64,000 bases of DNA from Antedon mediterranea (Eukaryota; Animalia; Echinodermata). Where the stretch lies: assembly GCF_964355755.1 (NCBI RefSeq), contig NC_092672.1, forward strand, positions 10,788,001 to 10,852,000, in the 5' to 3' direction. The notes under the pieces were generated by a model. That model was not told the DNA's origin. It worked only from the letters and a program-made list of their open reading frames with translations, and made no database searches. A program made the translations under genes and the position numbers. Positions 11,744 through 25,042 of this stretch are shown one piece after another (positions within the stretch are counted from its first letter, which is position 1; each line of letters starts with the position of its first letter).

Positions 11744-14700
11744 TTATTTTGATTTATCTTTCTTTTTTGTTTGTCTTTTCTCCTTAGCACCATCTTTCTT
11801 CTCATCTGTATGTTCTTCCTTCTTTTTTTGCCATGGTAGTGGATTTCTTCTAAACATTGGCCATGGTGGTAATGTGAGCTACAAGAAATTAAAAATCTAA
11901 TATGAACATAGTTACATAAAAACTGAAAGAGACCAAGTGAATGTTAAAGAACTTGGTAAACTATTCCAAAAGAGTAGTTGCACTTTTGCCGTCCGTGGGT
12001 CCCTATAAAAAGCGCATTCCAATTTCTCAGTTTCTAAGATTAAATTAAAATTTTTAACTGAACGCAACTGACAGCAACTCGAACACAGTTGTTCAAAATA
12101 TATCAACAAGAGGGCATTTAGGTTTATTTCTAGTGGACTTGCATTGTGTGTGTGGTATGACAGAAGTGGTCTTGTAGACTAGTTCCTCTTTGTATCATAA
12201 ACATGTGCATATTGGTAACTATAACAATCAGTTCCATGTTGACTAGTGTTCTTATGCTTGAACTTATCAGGTTATTTTAGTTCAGTTTCTTGAAAAGTGC
12301 TCTAGTTTTTTTTTGTTTTTTTCACAAACTCGTCAATTTAAGGATGGATAAACTATTTTACAATTGATAATGCTAATAAACTAAGTCTCATTTGAGACTT
12401 AGGGCCCCAAGGTGCTCGCAAACTCTCGCTCTGACCTCTAATGAAACATTGTATTTTTATTCAATATTTTATTATTCAACTTCTACTTTTGTATTTAATT
12501 TTTTTTCCCACTATTATTAAAAGTCAGTGTTATTTTTCACTGTTAATTGGTTGTACTTATAAATAATCACTATTCCATATTTATTATTATCATTATTGTA
12601 AATAATCACCTAAATAAACATATCTTATAATTAATATTTTTTTGTAAAAATCACGTTATTATGGTTATCATTATTATGACTAAAACAAAATGTTATGGCT
12701 GATTGAATAAAGTTCATAAGAAATAAGAAGTTGAAAGAGTCGTGAGGCACTACGTCAGGATTGAACCCTGGATCCTGGGATTGGAAGGCAATCATGTTAA
12801 CCACCAAGCTACTATACAGCTCCACTGCGCAACTATTTTGTTTTCAATCGAATTGCATTCAGTGTTAACTTAACCAAAACATAACTTTACAAGTTAAAAA
12901 AAAAACACAATTTGATTGTGGGGATCACAAAATACTTACTATACATGATAATATAAAGCCTGCACCAAGCATATAGACTGTCTGCACAAACTGTTGGACT
13001 AAATATCCCCAAATAAATCCTACAACCTTCAGTAGAAAGAAAACAAAATACTTTATTTTCTATTTTTAGGATTATTAAACATTATAATTTTAAGATACTA
13101 CAATTAGGAAGTGCAGGTTTTAAAAATACAGTGAGAAATAAGGAAAAACTGGTTAAGAATACACAGAGAAATATTCAATTAATTTATAATCTGCAGAATC
13201 AGCACTACCCTTCTTAAAATGGACCTGAAATGGATTTTCGATTTTTTTCATTTTAGAATGATGTTTTGGGGGCTATTAGGTGTTGCTAGAATGTATATTG
13301 TTACAAAATATAAATTGGCCCTTTTGGGGAAAGCCCCATTTGAAAATCAAAAAAATTCGCGGGTGACGTCACTTTGCGAATATATTCCTATCCCTCCAAT
13401 GGACAATTTGCAGTTTTTTTGCTATAACTCTTGAAATCTATGGAGTATTTTCTAAAAAATGCTTGTGCATATGCAGAAACGTATTTAGAATTTGTTTAGA
13501 TAAAATTATTACCGTATAAACGGTTATTCATCGAGTAAATGACGATTTAAAATCTTAAAATCAACGTTTTTTTTCTGGCAATACCGAAGTTGGCCTGGCA
13601 ACGTTGTCCGGGATACAGCTCCGTGCGCAATGATGATGCGTATCCATATTTTCCGTTCGTGTATTTTGTATATCGTTCGTAATTTATACTGCTAAAATGT
13701 GTTAGTTTCTTTAGTTTTTAGTTTAGCAGAATTAAATTAGTAATATGAGATGATAATTTATTTGTCACAAATCAGGCAGTTCGAAAACAAATTTTATTCA
13801 TATTTTACTTTGGCTTGACAATGAGCGTAGCACGTTGTTGATATCGCTTTGGTCCTTGGATGCACATGAAACGGAGCCTCGCCGCATGATGTGGGTGGTG
13901 GATCGACTCCGCGCGCTGGATTGGGGGACTAGGCCTAGTAAAGGTTTGGGAGGTAGGCCTTCTAAATTCGGGTTTTAGAACAAACGAAGTACATTTTAGG
14001 GACCTATATTTCAACAACATTAGATATTGAATAAATTAGTATTAGTGTCAACGCTTCGCGTATCTTTCCAGGCCGTCGATCATTCACTGACTATCGGGCG
14101 GCATACACGCTCTCGATATCATCGTGTGTATATGTGACGTCGTGAATATAGAGGCTTCCGACGGCCGTTGAAATAGAATATTGCAATGGCGTGAGTAATT
14201 TTCGCTAATTTACCATGGTATCTTAAAATTTCGTTTTTACTCAAAATACTATACATTTTGTTTTTATTTGTATGGGTTTGTGTTAATTTGATACATTTAA
14301 ATAACTTGTGTGAATTTCTTGAAAATCGAAATTCCATTTCAGGTCCATTTTAAATAAGGAAGGGAGGGGTGGTGCTGGAGCAAAATAGCCATATTTGTAC
14401 TGGAAAGGTTTTGATATATTTGAAAACTGTCACGGAAAGGGTTGTTAGATCAGTAATGGGATACAAACAAAACCAGAATTTATACTGGGAAGCTTTTAAA
14501 CTAAAATATTTGTTGGAAGAAGTGGGTGAAGGGTGTGGTAGGTGTGCTAATTAGAGAAATACTGGCCCCAGAATTTCACTGTGAAAGTTTTTAACTACAT
14601 TTATATATAAAATGCAAACATAAAGGGTCAGTCCGAGTACACATGGCTCAATTATTTAAAACTTTTCATACATATAACCTACCAAAATAAATGAACTCGT

Positions 14701-16934
14701 GCCAATAAAAAATGAAATACACACAGTCATTTATAATATTAAACCACCATACAACCCTTACACATTTTAAACATATCATCTAAAGCTCTGTTTACACCAT
14801 CAAACTATGGACATGATGATGCCATATCACTACCATATTTGGGAATATCACTACCATATTTGGGAATATCACTACCATATTTGGGATTATCACTACCATA
14901 TTTGGCCACATCACACCTCGTTTGATAGTGTAGACAGAGCTTGAATATTATAAGCATTGTTTCTTACAGCAAATAAAATAATAATTGCTTGAAAAACTTG
15001 CTCTGCCAGCTGCTGTCCTTTATAATCCTGAAGAAAAAAATTACAATATGAAAATTTATCATTTTTGGTCGGAAAATGTAGTAAATTATCACCAACTTTG
15101 CCAGTTCCTCTCTGCCAAACAAACTACTGTAGTTAAAACACTTTTTAATCTCAAAAACCATTTTTTGTATGTTTTTTAGATTAAAAAGTGTTTTAACCTC
15201 AATCAGTATTACGTGTATTATTTTTTTTAAGTAAAAGAAAAATTTGAATACGTTTATCTCGTATAAATAAAGTAATTGAAACCTGTAAAATAATGTACTT
15301 TTTGAAAATCATTAAGAAAAAATGTTTTTTTTTTTTTGCTTTCTACAAAAGATTACCACTTATTTAAAGTTTCAATGTTAATTATGATTTTAAAATTAGT
15401 TACCAGAGCCTGCCTACTATGTATTTAAATCACAATTTACGAAACTCTTTCGATGAATATGATATCTATGTTATGCGCAATTTGAATTTGTGCAAAGATT
15501 TCCTTGCACAATTTGAAATTGTGCTGCACAATTTGGACACTAATAACACAAAATTTAGTACAATTTATTATTATTTGCAGAAAGGGGAAGCCCTGTATTC
15601 ACTCTTCATAACACCCATGTGACGCAGCGGCAACAGGTATATTTTTGGTAGCAAAACCAACAAGAATTTAATAAAAGTACATCACTATATAAAGCCCATG
15701 ACTGCTGTTACACAGGAGGCACAAGTGGCAGGTACCCACACATATAATCAATAATGTGTACTTCATGGATGGATTAATAAATATTCATTAATCCATGGTT
15801 ACTGTAACAACACATTAGTTCACTTCATCCACTCGGTATGTATGTGTGACAGTATGACGAGAACTCAATTATAAACTTAACTATAACGGATTTACAAACG
15901 ATACTCTTGTTGGCTATCAGGCCCAAAATCTTAAGACTAGGCCTATAGTAATCTATATATAAATTTACGTAAGGGCAAAATTCGATAAATCGTGCGTTAC
16001 TTCTAGAATGTTTACTCGATGGTATAGAAAGTTGGTTCGTACTTTTGGTACTGATTTTAACCACCTGATTTAACCCTGTTTACTAATTAAATTGAGTTAG
16101 ATAATTAGTCATTGACGATTAAAACGAATTTAGATTCAACGATTTTCCCCAAATAGGGGTGTTTTCCGATCGTGGTATACACTGTCTAATGGATGTCTAT
16201 CTTGAAAAATAGTAATAATAATTTATTAGGAAATGACACCTTTGCATCGGTGGCACACACAGAAGTGGTGCATCCAATTTAACATAATACATCACATCAA
16301 AACAATACATTATAATTATATGACGGATACAGGTTCTTAAACTATTTGCAAAAATATAAAAGAAAAATCATTATCAACATGGTAATACAGGTACTGTATT
16401 AAATTGTCCTGGACAGTATCAATATATCATAGGTTTGAGTTGATAATTTAAAAAGGTATAAATAAACATAAAATATAGTAAAGAGTTACATTACAAACCA
16501 TTGTGTTTCAACATCAGGTACTGAAGACCTATAGTTGTTATCACAGGTGTATAATATTTAATAGTATCGAGCCAATTACTGTGTGTAAGACTGGGACCAA
16601 CGTCCAACCAACCAAGATGACGATCGGGCCCGTACGATAAAGAAATCGGCCCGATCGTCTCTATTATGATGGGCCCGATCGTCCGTGGACCCGACTGGAT
16701 TATCTCATCCGCCTACTAGACCTACTACTAGTAGTAGTAGGCGGCATAGCCTATAGGCCTAGGCTACTAGGTCTAGTAGTAGTAGTAGTAGGGAGGGCGC
16801 GCCGGCCCTCTCTAGCTAGTAGGCCTCTCTAGACCTCCTAGGCCTTAGCCTTAGGCCTAGGCCTAGCTTAAACTAAAATAATATTACCCACTACTAACCA
16901 TGTGTGTGGGTATTGACTTAAACATATCCAACAT
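11744..16934 (-). CDS. SPCS1: Signal peptidase complex subunit 1 (SPC12), complete 4-exon CDS, 105 aa
   Basis: Minus-strand exons: 16934-16899 (MLDMFKSIPTHM), 15027-14968 (DYKGQQLAEQVFQAIIILFA), 13026-12940 (VVGFIWGYLVQQFVQTVYMLGAGFILSCI), 11878-11744 (LTLPPWPMFRRNPLPWQKKKEEHTDEKKDGAKEKRQTKKKDKSK*). All introns are phase-0 GT-AG. MDYKGQ.LAE and LTLPPWP..RR.PL.W are hallmark SPC12 motifs. Confidence 0.96.
12740..12823 (-). mobile_element. tRNA-derived SINE head / tRNA pseudogene in SPCS1 intron 3
   Basis: Reverse strand reads tagcttggtggttaacatgattgccttccaatcccaggatccagggttcaatcctg: A and B boxes present, cloverleaf stems imperfect. Confidence 0.55.
13214..14353. mobile_element. Non-autonomous DNA transposon (~1.14 kb), TTAA TSD, Kolobok-like, in SPCS1 intron 2
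   Basis: TTAA|aatggacctgaaatgga ... tccatttcaggtccatt|TTAA; a near-identical second copy lies at 45805-46917 in opposite orientation with different flanks. Confidence 0.9.
14781..14942. mobile_element. MITE (PIF/Harbinger-like family, same as 8028-8187)
   Basis: taa agctctgtttacaccatcaaac ... gtttgatagtgtagacagagct; four internal copies of atatcactaccatatttgg. Confidence 0.7.
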
Positions 16935-17657
16935 TATTACGTTGGTGATTTCTTATATCAGTAATAAATAAAATTAATATTATAACAAGAAAGGTCCAAT
17001 AAAACAGCAGGTTGTTGTGTTTTTAAATCGACGTTGCCTTCAGTTCTAGTTCATATATGGGACGCCGTTTGGGACTTCGACAAATAGACAAAGTCCACCA
17101 GTTGGGGGCGTAGTGTTTTTCTACCAAAGATAGTGTAGCCTTGTATTAACTACACTACGTTTTCAAAAAGTGTCATGAAATGTTATTGGTCTACTTAAAA
17201 TGGAAATTCATTTTGATTGGCAAATAAAACTACAAAGAAAAATACATCAAATTGCAAAAACGCTATAGGCCAATGTTATTTACTAGGCAAATGTGTTAAA
17301 ATACAGTAGGCCTAACTCTTAAAAACGCAGATTGCTAAAACGTAATGTGCCAATGTAAAATATTGTTAAAACGATTAAAAACGATGAAAATTTTAAAAAA
17401 ATACAGCATATTACAATATCTCTTCATATTTAAATCTACGCGCACTTCGACCAGGGAAGAGTGACTTTCACTCTTTCCATGCTTAGACTAACTATGAACA
17501 CATTTACTGATGATGTCGTTGAAAATTAATGACGAAATATGCTTGGCAATAATTCAAAGGTGTTTTTATTTCTGCTCGAAAGTTTGGCAGCCTAGTGAAT
17601 GACTTTACCCTGACAGTAAATTCACCAAGCAAGACTGTATACAGTATACTATAGAGG

Positions 17658-17803
17658 GATGGTGTAATGATAATACCGGACTAGCATGTGGTAGGCATGG
17701 GTTCGAGCCTATCTGTACCATACTCACTGCATCCTGGATGGTGTAATGATAATACCAGACTAGCATGTGGTAGGCATGAGTTCGAGCCTATCTGTACCAT
17801 ACT
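17658..17803 (+). repeat. Tandem pair of tRNA-derived (SINE head) units, ~79-bp period
   Basis: gatggtgtaatgataatacc.gactagcatgtggtaggcatg.gttcgagcctatctgtaccatact occurs twice; it contains A- and B-box-like motifs. Confidence 0.6.
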
Positions 17804-17827
17804 AACTAATTTAATTAATTTAATTTC

Positions 17828-17920
17828 AAAGCCGTTGGTCCCGCGTACTTAATAGTGCACGTTAATGAACTTGGTACAATATTTGAAAAAAAAAGAGTAG
17901 GGGATCGTCTCCCCCGGTAT
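17828..17920 (+). mobile_element. SINE central-domain fragment (Deu/Nin-type)
   Basis: aaagccgttggtcccgcgtac..gtgcacgttaatgaac..gaaaaaaagagtaggggatc..ccccggt, related to fragments at 33600 and 63580; resembles the Deu/Nin SINE domain as I recall it. Confidence 0.5.
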
Positions 17921-19590
17921 GCTGATATGGTAGGCGCTGCACTGCCGTGAGAGTCTGTGGAGGCCATATCTAAATTTCCTAAGTTTTCAGTTAAGCTTGA
18001 GGACCAAGAGTAATACATTTAACATTTACAGAAGGATTAAACTACTCAGCAAGAAACTTGCAAGAGCAGACCCCGACACTAATTGATTTAACAATATCTT
18101 TATTTTTTTTTAATCATGGTTCGAGATAAAATTTATTTTGTTCTTCATCAATTTTAAAAAGTTTCTTTTTATAGAGACTTATAACTCTAATAAGCCGAAT
18201 ATATAATATGCGGTAACGTGTACGGCTTACCATTAACAAGATGTTATTGGTTGGTGTGTGATAATTGGTCAGTATGGGCAGGTGTCCTGGAATAATGTAT
18301 TTCCTCACATGTGATCTTGTGCAGATTTTGAACAAAGACAATAACATTAATAGGTAATCCTATGATCTTATTTTCCAAGATCAAGACGTTGTTTAAATCA
18401 CACGTAACTTCATTATTTGAGTGATAAAATCAGTAAGACGTTTACATTGCTTAAACGTGTAATTTCTGTTGACGCTAATTAATACACAAAAAGAATGAAT
18501 CATCACCGATATAGCAACTAAATCTACTTTATTTCTTGTGCTTATATATTTCAAAAACATTTTGAACTCAATCTCGTTGTTATAATACCATTCGTTGCTT
18601 TCTTCACTTAGCAAAAGGCATTGTGAAGTCAGCTTATAATGTCTTACACTTTACTTATTCAGTATAATAAAAATAATTATATTTTTATTTAAAATTGGTT
18701 TTCTCATTTTAATTTGAAATATATAAAATACATATTAAAATGTGCATCTAACAATGAAAATACAAATAAAAAAAACTATATTTGATATTTTAAATATTAT
18801 AATATGATGTTTTAGATCAAAGATGTATTGTCCCCAAAGACCATGAAAAATTAAGATTAATAAAATCGGACTTTAAATAGGCCATTTTGTAGTTTTAATA
18901 CATTTAATCAGTTCCATTGAAAAAAAGACGAAAAAGGTTTTTACTTATAAAAAAAATCTAGACAAAATAAACGGTTATATTTTTTGCTTTAAATTACAGT
19001 TTTTTTCAGGTAAATATTCTTTCAATCCAATTTTTGGTCTAAATGAATAACTATTATGGGACATTAAAAAGGCATATTAAACAACAACAATTTTTTTTAG
19101 GAGGACAATATTATTTTCAATCAAAAAACATAATTTATATTACCTATCTCTAAATAGTTAAAACTGATGATTTATTTTTTGTTTAATAGTTGAAATAGCA
19201 ATAAAAACATTGTACACTTTAAAATAAGATAAACACAATGTAAATAAATTATAACGTTTAGGCCTACAGCTTGTTTTAAGCAGAGCTGTTTATATATTTG
19301 TTATAATATCTTGTTTCTTTCATGTTCTTCATTCATTCATTATATCTGAACTTCATCTGAGATTCTCATTACGCACGTTCACAAGATTTTGTCGTTGCTT
19401 TCGTAACGTTTTTTTTTTTTAAACAATAATAATGAATTTTTTATATCTACGCCTATAATATTATTTAGATCGATTTCAATATAAAATATTTAAAGTAATT
19501 AGTATCGATATTTATAATCGATTAATTAAATCTTTAAAATACCTAATTCATTACAATTGGACCTACCATTTATGGCTGATCGTAAATAAT

Positions 19591-19922
19591 ATTGATAATT
19601 ACGGGGAACAAAGTATACAATATCATTCGTTGCTTTCTTTACTTAGCAAAAGGCATTGTGAAGTCAGCTTATATTGATAATTACGGGGAGCAAAGTATGC
19701 ACTATCATTCGTTGCTTTCTTCACTTAGCAAAAGGCATTGTGAAGTCAGCTTATATTGATAATTACGGGGAGCAAAGTATGCACTATCATTCGTTGCTTT
19801 CTTCACTTTGCAAAAGGCATTGTCAAGTCAGCTTATATTGATAATTACGGGGAGCAAAGTATGCACTACCATTCGTTGCTTTCTTCACTTAGCAAAAGGA
19901 GGCATTGTGAAGTCAGCTTATA
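19591..19922. repeat. 82-bp tandem repeat, 4 copies
   Basis: attgataattacggggagcaaagtatgcactatcattcgttgctttcttcacttagcaaaaggcattgtgaagtcagcttat starting at 19591, 19673, 19755 and 19837. Confidence 0.9.
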
Positions 19923-20749
19923 ATGTCTTACCCTTTACTTATTCAGTATAATAATAATTATAGGCCTATCTAATTAAATCTAACAATGAAAATACAAATA
20001 ACAAAAACTATATTCGATATTTTAAATATAATAAGATGTTTTAGATGTATTGTCCCCAAAAACCATGAAAAGTTAAGATTAATAAAATCGGAATTTAAAT
20101 AAGCCATTTTTTAGTTTTAATAAAGTTAATCACTTCCATAGAAAAAATGTTTTTACTTATAAAAAGGAAAAATACACGGTTACATTTTTTGCCTTAAATT
20201 ACAGTTTTTTCAGGTAAATATTTTTTCAATCCAATTTTTGGAGTGATTAACTATTATGGGACATTAAAATAGCATATTCAATAACAAAAATTGAGGATTT
20301 TAGGAGGACATGTTATTTTCAATAAAAATATATAATTTCTATTACCTATCTCTAAATATTTAGAACTGATAATTTTTATTTTTTTGTTTAAATAGTAGAA
20401 ATAGCAATAAAAACATTGTACATTTTAAAGCAAGAAAAACACCATGTAAACAAATTGTAACGTTTCTTTTTCTATATTACAATCGATTAATTAAGTTTTT
20501 AAAATACAAATCTATTAAAATTAGACCTACCATCTATGGTTGATCGTTAAATAATTAATAAGGATACATGGTGTTACAATCATTAAAATATGCCTTATAT
20601 TAAAATTACCATCAATTAGTGATGGTTTTTTAATGACAATAATTACAAAAGACATGCTTTCAATGTTTTAAATTAAAATTGATAATGACGAATCTATTAT
20701 ACTAAATTCAATATACTAATTCTATCTCAGTAATAGCTAAAAACTCTAA

Positions 20750-21470
20750 AAAAATGTAATTTTTAAAATAACATCGAACATGGAAAATACAAATATGCTG
20801 CATTGCTATATACAAGCGTTGAACCATGGTAAAACTAATTAATGTGCTACAAGGTAAAAAAGATAAGTAGAGCTATTTGCTCGTCGAGAAGGTTCCGTGT
20901 GCCCATTTGAGTAGGCCTGCGGTATGCCAACCTGGCAATATACGTTGCAAAACAATGTACTTTACTCAACACACCTACTAAGCATCAAAATAGTCTAATA
21001 ACTACAAACTCTGATGTAATTTTAAAAATAACATCGAACAATGGAAAATATAAATATGTTGCATTGCTATATACAAGCGTTGAACCATGGTAAAACCATG
21101 GAGTAAAGAATACTTTACTCCATGGTAAAACTAATTAATGTGCTACAAGGTAAAAACAAGTAGAGCTCGTCCAGAAGGTTCCCATTTTGAGTAGGCCTAC
21201 AGTATGTCAACCTGGCAATATACGTTGGCAAAACAATGTACTTTACTCAACACACCTACTTGGCATCAAAATAGTCTAATAACTACAAACTCTGATGTAA
21301 TTTTAAAATTAACATCGAACAAAGGAAAATACAAATATGCTGCATTGCTATACAAGCGTTGAACCATGCTAAAACTAATATGCTACAAGGTAAAACAATT
21401 CGCTCGTCGAGAAGGTTCCGTGTACCCATTTTGAATAGGAGGCCTACGGTATGTCAACCTGGCAATATAC
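20750..21470. repeat. ~270-bp tandem repeat, 3 copies
   Basis: ttttaaaataacatcgaaca..gcattgctatatacaagcgttgaaccatg..gaaggttcc..aacctggcaatatac repeated at about 20760, 21020 and 21300; two copies in the paralog at 53860-54350. Confidence 0.8.
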
Positions 21471-21644
21471 TACAAAGTATCAAAATCCACCAACTAAGTT
21501 TACAGTATGTAAACAAAATAATGTTTTTGCACATTGTAACACTACGCGTAATCTACATTATTCGGGGAAGGTTTATCAAAATGCCCCAGCAAATAGATAG
21601 AAAGTGCATGGTAGTTGTGTGATTTGCTGTCACGCATGTAAACA

Positions 21645-22110
21645 AGTGTTAAAAGATAACGGTAGACTGGGTATGATTAAAGTCACTGACCAAATATAAT
21701 ATCATCTATAATCCTCCTCCAGCCTATCTATGAACCAATTGCCATCACAATAACTGGACACCAGCAACATAAATCGGCAAAAACTATGAACTCTAACTTT
21801 GTTGCGATTCTGATTATTTCTTCTTCTTTTTTAACTTTGATAACAATTGAATTACCAAAGATGATAATCCAATTAATAACAATACAGTACTCGTGAATCT
21901 TCTTTTTTTAATAAATCATCACACGAAAAACGATCAATTGAAGGCTCGCAGACATCGATTTCACTAAAAAGGCAACAAAGACTGAATAGGTCTGAATATC
22001 TGTAAAAGAGTCATATACATACAATTCAGTATTTTGTTGTAAACTTTGACATGTTAAGGTACGTTGACACAACTATGGCATAAATGGCAGTTTGAGACTA
22101 AAATTGACAA
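21645..22110 (-). pseudogene. Decayed LGR/GRL101-like rhodopsin-family GPCR fragment (TM5-TM7), copy A
   Basis: Minus-strand translation: ..YSVFVAFLV..IVFRVMIY.. and EEIIRIATKLEFIVFADLCCWCPVIVMAIGS*IG.. [frameshift] YIWSVTLIIP. It has an in-frame stop, frameshifts and a deletion. Confidence 0.65.
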
Positions 22111-23654
22111 TATGCTGGATACTTAGTCAATCTAAAAGGTTATTAGTATGACGGTTTGGAAATAAACAAATTAAATTATTGGCTTTAAGCAATTATTTAG
22201 CTTAACCAAAACTATGTTAATAAATGCCAACCCAGGCTTGCAGTTCAGAACTGAAAGACGGCTAAGGAGGTACGGACAGAATATTCTGTGCAGTTACACA
22301 AAGTGATAGAAACTGTAAAATGGACAGTATACTAGATACCAAAAATGATTAATGTTGCTTAGAAAATAATGCCTTCTTAGATATCAGTGCATATTAAATT
22401 GATTTGATAATAATGTTAAATTGTATTGGATTTTACAATTTACATTCGATATATAAATACCAGTAAATTACCATAGAAAAATACCTACAAATGAAACACT
22501 AATGAATTTCGTTTAAGAGAGTAACTTATTCTAAATTTGCTTACAATTGTTTTACGTTTTTCAGTTCTTCAAACATCTTGTATCCGTGAACTTGCAGCTT
22601 GTTGTCTTTTATGTTTCTGCAGAATATAATGCATTAACATATAAATGGCAACTTAATAAAACATTTAAAAAGAAGATTGAAGATTATTAAAAACTCCACA
22701 AGCTTTATATGATTGGCAAATTAACAGTTTATTATTATTATATAAACATTTCATTACTTACAAATATTGAAGTGATAACGTAAATGAAGAAAAGGCAGAT
22801 TGATCAATGGTACTGATATAATTGTTCTGTAATTCCCTACGTAACACAAAACGGAGAATTGTTAATTATAATAAATGTTTACTTTGGAAGATGTGTATGA
22901 CCTCTACCTTCCAACGTTTGACAACCTGGTCCAAAACATAATTAGGCTGATTTTTAATAGATTAATACGAAAATTGTAAATTGCAGAACTACGGTAATCC
23001 AAAGAAATTGCACTTTTATATGAAATCAAATTTTACTCATTTACACTCATACGTGTTTCCTGCACCGTGCGCGCGTAAAAATGTGCGCACCTGGTGGCAA
23101 TTTTTCAAAGGCTTAAAATGACCTGAATCGTGCTCTAATTTAATCAGAAATTGATTTGGAGCATTTTAAAATTTCAAACGCCGTTTACTCGCGCACTTTC
23201 CAATGTTACAAATTTCGGTAGCGATAAAAAAGTTAGCAATTGATGTGAAGCAAACGTGGCTGAAAATGACGTTAAAAAATATTTATCTGTTTCGAAGTTA
23301 TGATCAATTTAAGATTTTCTGAAAATCGTGCGTAACCTACGCTACGCGGCTCTGCCAGCGTCCAAAAGCTTGGCTGCACATCTTCAGTTAAATGTCTAAA
23401 TGTTTACAAAGTTACAACATGTTATGTTAACAGGTTGCAGAGAAAAGCTGAACACAAAAATCGGCGGAAATCCAGAAGAATAACTAGAACTTAAACTCGT
23501 CACCTGAGGACGAGTTTGGTTATCCGCCAGCAACAAAACGTATCTTGCGCATTCAAGTACTTTCCAGTTGTGATTTTTCAAAATAGTAGCCTATTCAAAA
23601 TTAAAACTTCCCTTTCAGTGTAATAACTAAACAAATCCTTTTAATTAATTGTTT

Positions 23655-23730
23655 TCCCGTGACGGGATTCGAACCCGGTACCTCTGATACCAAAGTCGGT
23701 TGCACTACACATCGAACCATATGAGCACCT
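23655..23730 (-). other. tRNA-derived sequence embedded in the repeat element
   Basis: Reverse strand tggttcgatgtgtagtgc..gactttggtatcagaggtaccgggttcgaatcccg: a perfect T-arm/B box, but the acceptor stem does not pair. Confidence 0.5.
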
Positions 23731-25042
23731 GCTGAAGAAAATCCGAAGAAAGAGTCCTCGTTCATTCGGTATGTCGTGAACCCCCTCGATGCAAGTTGAT
23801 TATTACATATCGAACTTAAATCATAATTTTTACTATGATGAAATCTTCACAAATTTTAAACAGTTACATTTTATGAAAGTGCATACTTTCAAGTTTTATA
23901 TATTAACATGTAAAGAAAAAAGATAAACGTTATGTTTATTGTTTTACTCTTTGCATATGTTTATGTTTGTTTGTTGATAATTATTTCAAAAATTACATTT
24001 AATATGCAAATAATGTAGCTATCAAACACTTTTTAACATTCAAGACTATAATAAATTAGACCTATGATTAATACACTGCAAGAAAAAAAAAATGGGGGTA
24101 ACCTTGCATTCTGATGAACTGTTTCATTTTTAAAAGTAGACATATTTTGTAACATTTTCACAATTTGTTGACGTTTTCGTGCGCAACCTGTCATGTTTAA
24201 CGTGCTCGTAGAACGCCATTTCAAGTTGAAAAGTGAATAAAATAACGTAAAATTGTTAACCGAAGATTTAAAAACACAAATCGTGTAAAAGAAATGTTCA
24301 TACGTGTTTCCTGCGCCGTGCGCGCGTAAAAATTTGCGCACAAGTGGCAATTTTTTAAACGCTTAAAATGACCTGAATCGTGCTCTAATTTAATCAGAAA
24401 TTGATTTGAAGCATTTTAAAATTTCAAACGCCATTTACGCGCGCACTTTCTAATGTTACAAATTGCGGTAGCGTTAAAAAAGTTAACTATTGATGTGAAG
24501 CAAACGTGGCTGAAAATGACGTTAAAAAATATTCATTTGTTTCGAAGTTATAGCCAATTTAAGATTTTCAGAAAATCACGCGTAACTTACGCTACGCGGC
24601 TCTGACATCGTCAAAAAGCTTGGCTGGACAACTTCAGTATAATGTCTAAATGCTGAACAAGTTACAACATATTATGTTTACACGTTGAAGAGAAACAGCG
24701 TGCACAATATAAGAAGAGTAAAATATTTCAAACGCAATTTACGCGAAAACTTTCTAATCTCCAAAAATTTGTTAAACATTCCAAAAGTTAGCCATTGATG
24801 TGAAGAAAACGTGGCTGAAAATTTCGTTAAAAAATATTTATCGGTTTCGAAGTTATGACCGATTTAAGATTTTCAGAAAATCGCGCGTAACTTACGCTAC
24901 GCGGATCTGACATTGTCAAAAAGCTTGGCAGTACATCTTCAGTTAAAATGTCTATATGTTGACGAAGTTACAACATGTTATGATAACACGTTAAAGAGAA
25001 AACGCGTGCACAAAATCCGAGAAAGAAAGAAGAATAATAATA

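Larger units (their letters stand above)
18437..23034 (+). repeat. Segmental duplication copy A (paralog of 50743-56228)
   Basis: Long colinear stretches are near identical, for example 21760-23030 versus 54960-56228. Both copies end at gaaatcaaatttta. Confidence 0.88.

Noticed and set aside
13219-14337. ORFs inside the 1.1-kb TTAA element as a transposase or cargo genes
   Set aside because: They are short with no DDE/THAP motifs, and their conservation between the two copies only reflects recent transposition.
23655-23730. Functional tRNA genes (also 5107, 12740, 17658)
   Set aside because: A and B boxes are present, but acceptor and anticodon stems do not form proper cloverleafs; these are SINE- or repeat-derived.
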